Assembly: GCA_050633305.1 (NCBI GenBank)
Contig: JBOEGF010000011.1
Location: 235,946-299,945 of the forward strand
From: Nannocystales bacterium
GTDB taxonomy: Bacteria > Myxococcota_A > Polyangia > Nannocystales > Nannocystaceae
Direction: 5' to 3'
Length of the DNA stretch: 64,000 bases
Position numbers and translations under genes: made by a program. Positions 58,029 through 64,000 of this stretch are shown one piece after another; position 1 is the stretch's first letter, and each line of letters starts with the position of its first letter. Under the pieces are notes generated by a model. It was not told the origin of the DNA, ran no database searches, and was given only the letters and a program-made list of their open reading frames with translations.

Positions 58029-58403
58029 ATGGCGCAGCCCGTGCTCCTGGTGGAGGACTCCCGCGCGGTCCGGTCGTTCGTCAGCTCGATTCTCGAGTCG
58101 GCAGGCGACTACGACGTGCACGAGGTCGAGAACGGTTTCGAAGCGTTGCGCGCTCTTCCGCGCACCGACTTCGCGCTGGTCGTCACCGACGTCAACATGC
58201 CCGACGTCAACGGAATCGAGCTGACTCGGTTCGTCCGCGGACACGCCAAGTTTGCGGACATCCCGGTGCTGGTCATCAGCACCGATGCGTCGCACCCCGA
58301 CACCCAACGTGCCTTGGAGGCGGGCGCGAACGCATTCCTGGCCAAGCCCTTCACGGCCGAACAGTTCCTCGAGGCGGTGGCCCGAGTGCGCGGAGGCGAA
58401 TGA
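58029..58403 (+). CDS. Single-domain response regulator (CheY-like)
   Basis: VEDS, TDVNMPDVNG, ST, FLAKPF. Confidence 0.92.
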   Translation: MAQPVLLVEDSRAVRSFVSSILESAGDYDVHEVENGFEALRALPRTDFALVVTDVNMPDVNGIELTRFVRGHAKFADIPVLVISTDASHPDTQRALEAGANAFLAKPFTAEQFLEAVARVRGGE

Positions 58404-60559
58404 GCGAACCCCCGAAGCCATCCGCAGAGTTCCTTTCCGAGGCTCAGGAGGTCATCGAGGCCTTCAGCCGGAACCTGCTCCAGCTCGACAGCCAACAGCG
58501 GACGGGCGAGTTCGACCCCGACCTCCTCAACGCGGCGTTCCGGGCGATCCACTCGCTCAAGGGCCTCGCGGGGTTGTTTGGGGCGACGCAGATCAGCAGC
58601 CTCGCGCACGCACTGGAGAGCACGCTGGACAGTCTGCGGCTGGGCCGACTCCCGCTGTCGCAGCCAGCGTTGGACGTCCTGTTCGAAGCCGTCGAGGTGT
58701 TCCAGAACATGCTCGCGGTGTTTGGTCTCGAGGAGACCGAGGGCGCGGTCTCTGCGGAACCCTTGCTGGCCCGCATCGCGGCGTTGTCGCCGGACGGGGA
58801 AGAGGACGATGGGGCAGGGGATCTGCTGGGGCTCGACCCCGCAATCCTCGGGGTACTCACCGAGTACGAAGAGCACCGACTTCGCGAGAACGTGCGACTC
58901 GGGCGACGCCTGTACCGGGTTCACGCCGCGTTCGACCTGCTGGCCATCGATGTCGGCATCGAATCCCTCAAGAGCAAACTCAAGGAGTTCGGGGAGGTCA
59001 TTACGTACCTCCCCAGCGCGGATGCGGGTTCCGACGACCGCATCGAGTTGGACATTCTGCTCGGCTCGGACTCGACCCTGGCGGACATCGGCTCTGGAGT
59101 CGCCGAAGATGGGGTCCGGGTGTACGCGCTCGAGGCCGCTGCGGAGCCCCACCAAGCGCGTCCGAGTCCTGCCGTCGTCGAACCTTCGAACCCGACACCG
59201 GCCCCGATCGTCCCGCTGAGTTCGGACGACGGCATCGAGATGGTGGACGCCAGCACCTCGATGTCGCTGCGTTCGATCTCGCAGACGGTCCGCGTTGACC
59301 TCGAACGGCTCGACGTCTTGATGAACCTGGTCGGCGAGCTGGCCCTGGTTCAAGCGAACTTGTCCGGAACGCTCGAGTCAGTTCGAGCCCTGGCGCGCTC
59401 TGCTGACGTTTCTCGCGAACTGCAGACCCACCTGCGGACGATGGACCGCAAACTCTCGCTCCTGCAGCAGAGCATTCTGGATGTTCGGATGGTCCCCTTG
59501 GGACAGGTGTTCGACAAGCTTGCCCGGGTCGTCCGAAAGCTCGGGCGCGAGGCTGGCAAGGACATCCGGTTGGTCATCACCGGGGCGGACACTGAACTCG
59601 ACAAGCTGATCGTCGAGGAACTCAGCGACCCGCTGATGCACATGATTCGCAACTGCATCGACCACGGCATCGAGACCGAGGCCGAGCGCACCAGCTTGGG
59701 CAAGGGACCCAGCGGCCACATCGAGCTACGCGCCTTTCAGAAGGGAAACCGAGTCGTCATCGAGGTCGAAGATGACGGCCGTGGCATGGACTGGCGCCAA
59801 ATTCGAGACAAGGCGGTCCAACGCGGCGTTGTCGATGAGTCCGAGAGCCGCGAGATGGCGCGCCAGGAGGTCATCGACCTCATCTTCGTCCCGGGCTTCT
59901 CCACGAAGGATGTCGCGACCGAAGTCAGCGGCCGCGGGGTGGGGATGGACGTCGTCAAGACGAACATCGCCCGACTCTCAGGGCTCATCGATGTCGATAC
60001 TGCACCGGGCCGGGGCTCGAAGTTCTCGATCACCCTTCCGGTCACGTTGGCGATCATTCAGGCGCTGGTCATCGAGACGGCGCGCCAAACCTTCTGTATC
60101 CCGCTCAACTCGGTTCTCGAGTCGATCATGGTCAGCGAGGCTGACATCGAGACCGTCGAGGGACACGAAGTGGTCTCGTTGCGCGGTAAGACGCTGCCCA
60201 TCCTGCATCTGTCTCGGATCTTCGAGCTGCAGACCAACTATCAATACCTCGATCCGGCCCGGATCTATGTGGTCATCGTGGGTCTGGCACAGCATCGAGT
60301 GGGTATCGTGGTCGACGAGTTGCTCGGACAACAAGACGTGGTGATCAAACCGCTTGGGCGTGCACTTCGCGGTGTCCCCGGCATCGCTGGCGCCACCGAG
60401 CTTGGCGGAGGCCGCACCGTGCTTCTTCTCGACGTCTCGGTGTTGGTCGAAGAGGCCCTCGGACGGAGCGACGGTGGCCCGGCGGATCCGGGTCCTGCGC
60501 CCACGCCAACCCCCCACAACACGCCAGGTGGCGGGACACCGGAGGCCTCGCATGCCTGA
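58400..60559 (+). CDS. cheA: Chemosensory histidine kinase CheA
   Basis: Hpt FRAIHSLKG; VRVD..RLD.LMNLVGEL; HMIRNCIDHG; DDGRG; PGFST; SGRGVGMDVV; P5 QQDVVIKPL. Confidence 0.96.
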   Translation: MSEPPKPSAEFLSEAQEVIEAFSRNLLQLDSQQRTGEFDPDLLNAAFRAIHSLKGLAGLFGATQISSLAHALESTLDSLRLGRLPLSQPALDVLFEAVEVFQNMLAVFGLEETEGAVSAEPLLARIAALSPDGEEDDGAGDLLGLDPAILGVLTEYEEHRLRENVRLGRRLYRVHAAFDLLAIDVGIESLKSKLKEFGEVITYLPSADAGSDDRIELDILLGSDSTLADIGSGVAEDGVRVYALEAAAEPHQARPSPAVVEPSNPTPAPIVPLSSDDGIEMVDASTSMSLRSISQTVRVDLERLDVLMNLVGELALVQANLSGTLESVRALARSADVSRELQTHLRTMDRKLSLLQQSILDVRMVPLGQVFDKLARVVRKLGREAGKDIRLVITGADTELDKLIVEELSDPLMHMIRNCIDHGIETEAERTSLGKGPSGHIELRAFQKGNRVVIEVEDDGRGMDWRQIRDKAVQRGVVDESESREMARQEVIDLIFVPGFSTKDVATEVSGRGVGMDVVKTNIARLSGLIDVDTAPGRGSKFSITLPVTLAIIQALVIETARQTFCIPLNSVLESIMVSEADIETVEGHEVVSLRGKTLPILHLSRIFELQTNYQYLDPARIYVVIVGLAQHRVGIVVDELLGQQDVVIKPLGRALRGVPGIAGATELGGGRTVLLLDVSVLVEEALGRSDGGPADPGPAPTPTPHNTPGGGTPEASHA

Positions 60560-61130
60560 GCCAAACGAGGACATTTGGGATCAGATGGTGCAAGCCGGCG
60601 ACGGGTTTGCGACCGAGGAAGACTACGAACACGGCTACGCCCGCGTTGTCCGCGTCGACCTTCAGCAGCACGTCGTGTTCCGCGTTGGCGAGGAGACGTA
60701 CGGCATCCCGATCGCGCAGATCGGTGAAATCTCGAAGCCCATGTACACCACGCCCGTCCCTCGGACGGCCGACTTCGTCCTGGGGATCGGCAATGTTCGT
60801 GGCGTCGTGATCCCGATCGTGGACCTGGCGACGCGTCTGCGGCTGGGCCAGTGCGCCAAGGCCCGCGAGGCACGAGTCCTGATCGTTCGCCATGGCGGCG
60901 AGCAGACCGGGCTGTTGGTCGATGAGGTGATCGGCGTGATGTCAATTGCGCCGGAGAACCTGGAGGAGGCACCCGGCGCGCTCGCGGGGGCTCGTGGTGA
61001 TTTCATCCGTGCTCTCGCGCGGTGGGAAGGTCGGATCATCATCATCCTCGACCTGGGGACCCTGCTGGCACCAGCGGACTTCTTGGCGTTGGGTGTTCGT
61101 CGATCCTCTGGCCGGGGAGGTCGGTCATGA
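60552..61130 (+). CDS. cheW: CheW adaptor
   Basis: FRVGEETYGI, TPVPRT..FVLGIGNVRG.VIPIVDL, GLLVDEV. Confidence 0.92.
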   Translation: MPEPNEDIWDQMVQAGDGFATEEDYEHGYARVVRVDLQQHVVFRVGEETYGIPIAQIGEISKPMYTTPVPRTADFVLGIGNVRGVVIPIVDLATRLRLGQCAKAREARVLIVRHGGEQTGLLVDEVIGVMSIAPENLEEAPGALAGARGDFIRALARWEGRIIIILDLGTLLAPADFLALGVRRSSGRGGRS

Positions 61131-61807
61131 GCGGCCCCAAGTCGAAGAACGCCGACCCGGTCATGCTACGGCGGCTCAGCGTGGGCCAGTCGATGGCCCG
61201 CGATGGATGGAAGACAACCGACGAGGTCGATGACGATGTCCTCAAGCTCGCAGGCTTTCATGTCGGCGAGGATGTGTACGGCATCGACATCATGCGCATC
61301 AAAGAGGTGATCCAGGCCAGGCCCTATCCGGTCCGGCCGGTCCCGCATGCGCCGGGGATCGTTGAAGGCGTCATCGCGCTGCGAGGCGTGGTCATCCCCG
61401 TGGTCGATCTTCGCAAGCGCTTCGGCGCGGTGCAGAGCGAACGAGACCCCGAAGTGGTCCGCCTTCGAAAGCTGATCATCGTGTCGGTTCGCGGCCGAAT
61501 CGTGGGCCTGCGGGTGGACCAGATCGTCGGGGAACTCCGCGTGCCGGCGGGCGCGCTTCGACCCGCACCCTCGATGCTTCGGCCGGGCGGCCCGGGAGGT
61601 CCTGAATTCTTCTCCGGCGTGTTCCGCAGCGACAACGAGATGGTGTTCGTGGTCAACCTGGATGCGCTACTGGACCACCGTGTGCAGAGCCTTCCCGAGA
61701 GGCCGCCCAGCCCTCCGTCGGGCGAGCCTCCCATCGACTCGCTGACCGACCCGTTGTTGGGCCCGTTGTTGGGCCAGGACTCGGTCGAGGAGGACGCCGG
61801 CGCGTGA
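61127..61807 (+). CDS. cheW: CheW adaptor (second copy)
   Basis: YGIDIMRIKEVI, VPHAP..VEGVI.LRG.VIPVVDLRKRF, GL.VD. Confidence 0.92.
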   Translation: MSGPKSKNADPVMLRRLSVGQSMARDGWKTTDEVDDDVLKLAGFHVGEDVYGIDIMRIKEVIQARPYPVRPVPHAPGIVEGVIALRGVVIPVVDLRKRFGAVQSERDPEVVRLRKLIIVSVRGRIVGLRVDQIVGELRVPAGALRPAPSMLRPGGPGGPEFFSGVFRSDNEMVFVVNLDALLDHRVQSLPERPPSPPSGEPPIDSLTDPLLGPLLGQDSVEEDAGA

Positions 61808-62508
61808 GCACCGTCCTGTTCGCACACGAACGTCCTTCTGTCGCCCGCGCCGTGACGCATGTACTCGAGCCGCGCGGGTTCGAGGTCGACTCGGTGCGTG
61901 ACGGTGACGCGGCGGCGGCGGCTCTACGGGCGCGTCGGTACGCGGCGCTCGTGGTCGATGTCGCCCTTCCCGGACGACCGGGATACGAACTCGTCGATCT
62001 CGCGCGGGCGGAGGCCGACGACCATGGCTGTGGCGCACAGGTCGTGGTGCTCGTGGCGTCCGTTTTTCGCAAGACCTCGTACAAGCGGCGTCCGGCTCGA
62101 CTGTACGGCGCGGACGACTACGTCGAACTGCACCACCTCGGGGACTTGCTCCCCGAGAAGCTCGCATCTCATCTTGGCATCGACTTGCCAGGCGCGGGGG
62201 CTGAGGCAGGGGATGAGAGCGCCGAGGCGGTCTACGAGATCGCCGAGGACCACATGGACGACCAGTCTTCCGATGAGCTTGCGTCGCTGATCGTCGGGGA
62301 CGTGGTTTTGTACAACGGCGAGAGCATCGCCGGGACGTCAACGCTCTCCGAGGCACGAGCTGCGCTGGCCGACGACCTCGAAGTTGCCCGCGACCTCCTG
62401 AGGCAGGTCTACGCGTCTCGAGGTGATGACACCGACGCTGCAGCTGCGCTCGAGCGCTCGTTTCGCAACCTCATGCACACGATGGGGCGGCGGGAGGCCA
62501 GCGCATGA
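61804..62508 (+). CDS. Atypical response regulator with C-terminal helical domain
   Basis: Receiver fold VDVALPG..GYE, GADDYV; C-terminal LASLIVGDVVLYN. Confidence 0.8.
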   Translation: MSTVLFAHERPSVARAVTHVLEPRGFEVDSVRDGDAAAAALRARRYAALVVDVALPGRPGYELVDLARAEADDHGCGAQVVVLVASVFRKTSYKRRPARLYGADDYVELHHLGDLLPEKLASHLGIDLPGAGAEAGDESAEAVYEIAEDHMDDQSSDELASLIVGDVVLYNGESIAGTSTLSEARAALADDLEVARDLLRQVYASRGDDTDAAAALERSFRNLMHTMGRREASA

Positions 62509-64000
62509 AGCCGTTGCCCGCTCCATACCCCGGACTCGTCGCGATGCTGACCGCTCCGAGTTGGCGGGAGCGAAAGGAAGCGGTCGCGAAGCTACGCGAG
62601 GCCGTCGCCGATGACCGAGATCGAATCGAGGTGATGAAGCCGCTGGCCGAGGTCTTGCTCGACGGGTTGTTGTCCGTGGATCAGCTCGAAGGCCGGGCTG
62701 CGTGTCACGAGGTGCTCGTCGCGATGGCCCCTCTGTCGACGGTCGCTGTCATCGCGCGCCTCGACCGACCCGGCGTGTCCCCTCGGCTGCTGGTCGACCT
62801 GCTCGGCGTGCTCGGTGATCGTTCCGCGGTCCCTCGCTGCGCGGTGCTGTTGGGCCGCGCCGATGAGGACCCGAACCTTCGAGCATCGGCGGCGTCTGCC
62901 TTGGGCCGGTTGGGGGGACCCGAAGCCCGGGAGGCGCTTTGCGGCGCGCTTCGGGAGAACTCTCAGATGCTTGTCGTCCATGTGCTCGACGCGCTCCATG
63001 CGATGGAAGCCGAGGTCGAGCTCGAGGAACTCGAGCGTCTGTTCTTGGATCCGTTCACGCGCAAGCCCGTGGCGCTGCTTCTGGGACACACGCGCAACCC
63101 GGCGGCGCTCTCGCCTCTGATCAGCGCACTTGAAGATCCGATGGCAGGGGTGCGTGCCGCCGCGGTCTTGGGGCTGGCAGAGCTGGGCAACGGCTTGGAT
63201 GCGGAGAAGCCCGGGTTGGTCCCCGCGGCGCTCGCCCGGGTCAGTCGGACCGCCCGCGCCAACGTTCGCGACCTGGTCCTCCATCACGACCTCACCGTGT
63301 GCCGCGCTGCGATTCACCTCGCTACGTGGGCGCGCGACGTCGATGCGGCTGGACCGGTGCTCGAAGCGATGGAGGACCCGCTGGTCCACGAACTGGCCTT
63401 CGGGTTTGTCGAGGCGGCCGGGCCCACGGTGGGCGAAGTGCTCCGGGAGGCCGACGCGCACAGCTCCGAGGCTCGCCCCGAGCATCTGCTACGACTGCTG
63501 GGCGCGATCGACCCGGCCATGATCGACGAAGCGTCCCTGGATCTGCTGGCCCAGGGGCTGTCCGACTCCGACGAAGACATCGCACTGGCTGCCGCGGAAG
63601 CGCTCGCACGTGTCGGAACGCGTGCGGCTTTGCCGGAGCTCTACCGGGCGATGGCCGAGGAAGGACGCCGGGGGGAAGCGTCCGCCGAGGCGATGGCCAC
63701 CGTGCTCAGGCGGGTGGGGGACGCCGCTGGGACCGAGGTCTCGATGATCGTCGGCACGCACTGGCCCGACATGGGAGACCTCGCCCGAAACCTCTGTCGG
63801 GTCGTCGGAGCGTTGGGCTCACCTCGTTATGCCGCGCGTCTGGTCTCGATGATGGGTTCCGCCGACGTGGGCGTCCGCATCGCAGCCGCTCTGGCGATCG
63901 GCCAACTCGAGGGGGAGCACGAGGGGGTCGGCGCGCTGTCGTTCGCGTTGGCGGACGAAGAACCCCAGGTGAGAGCGGCGGCGTGCCGCAGTCTCGCGAA
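62505..64000 (+). CDS. HEAT-repeat protein of the che cluster, 3'-truncated by window edge
   Basis: Absent from the ORF track because it has no stop in the window; ATGA overlap at 62505; my translation MKPLPAPYPGLVAMLTAPSWRERKEAV...DEDPNLRASAASALGRLGG shows HEAT repeats. Confidence 0.85.
   Translation, partial: MKPLPAPYPGLVAMLTAPSWRERKEAVAKLREAVADDRDRIEVMKPLAEVLLDGLLSVDQLEGRAACHEVLVAMAPLSTVAVIARLDRPGVSPRLLVDLLGVLGDRSAVPRCAVLLGRADEDPNLRASAASALGRLGGPEAREALCGALRENSQMLVVHVLDALHAMEAEVELEELERLFLDPFTRKPVALLLGHTRNPAALSPLISALEDPMAGVRAAAVLGLAELGNGLDAEKPGLVPAALARVSRTARANVRDLVLHHDLTVCRAAIHLATWARDVDAAGPVLEAMEDPLVHELAFGFVEAAGPTVGEVLREADAHSSEARPEHLLRLLGAIDPAMIDEASLDLLAQGLSDSDEDIALAAAEALARVGTRAALPELYRAMAEEGRRGEASAEAMATVLRRVGDAAGTEVSMIVGTHWPDMGDLARNLCRVVGALGSPRYAARLVSMMGSADVGVRIAAALAIGQLEGEHEGVGALSFALADEEPQVRAAACRSLA

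Overview
High-GC bacterial chromosomal window, most consistent with a myxobacterium (inferred from giant TPR proteins, Cys-rich and FG-GAP lipoproteins, paired GltA/B-type beta-barrels, a kinase-fused sigma-54 activator and a ribH-nusB-linked che cluster). Recognisable housekeeping genes are a KamA-family radical SAM 3' end, lipB, ftsY, smc, cmk, rpsA, ribH, nusB and cheA/cheW. I saw no rRNA, tRNA, CRISPR array or mobile element. The most notable observations are: (i) a 152-bp intergenic element between divergent ftsY and smc with 12 GATC sites and nested palindromes, echoed by a smaller GATC palindrome cluster upstream of a giant TPR gene pair; (ii) an adjacent periplasmic binding protein and TatT-like lipoprotein resembling the BstB/BstC sterol-transfer pair; (iii) several apparent pseudo-enzymes (sulfatase, D-Ala-D-Ala ligase, Mrr nuclease fused to two HARE-HTH domains, receiver domain); (iv) a DUF4266-DUF3570 module in an unusual operon; (v) an SD-less, three-hairpin rpsA leader. 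All family assignments come from motif recognition by eye, not database searches.
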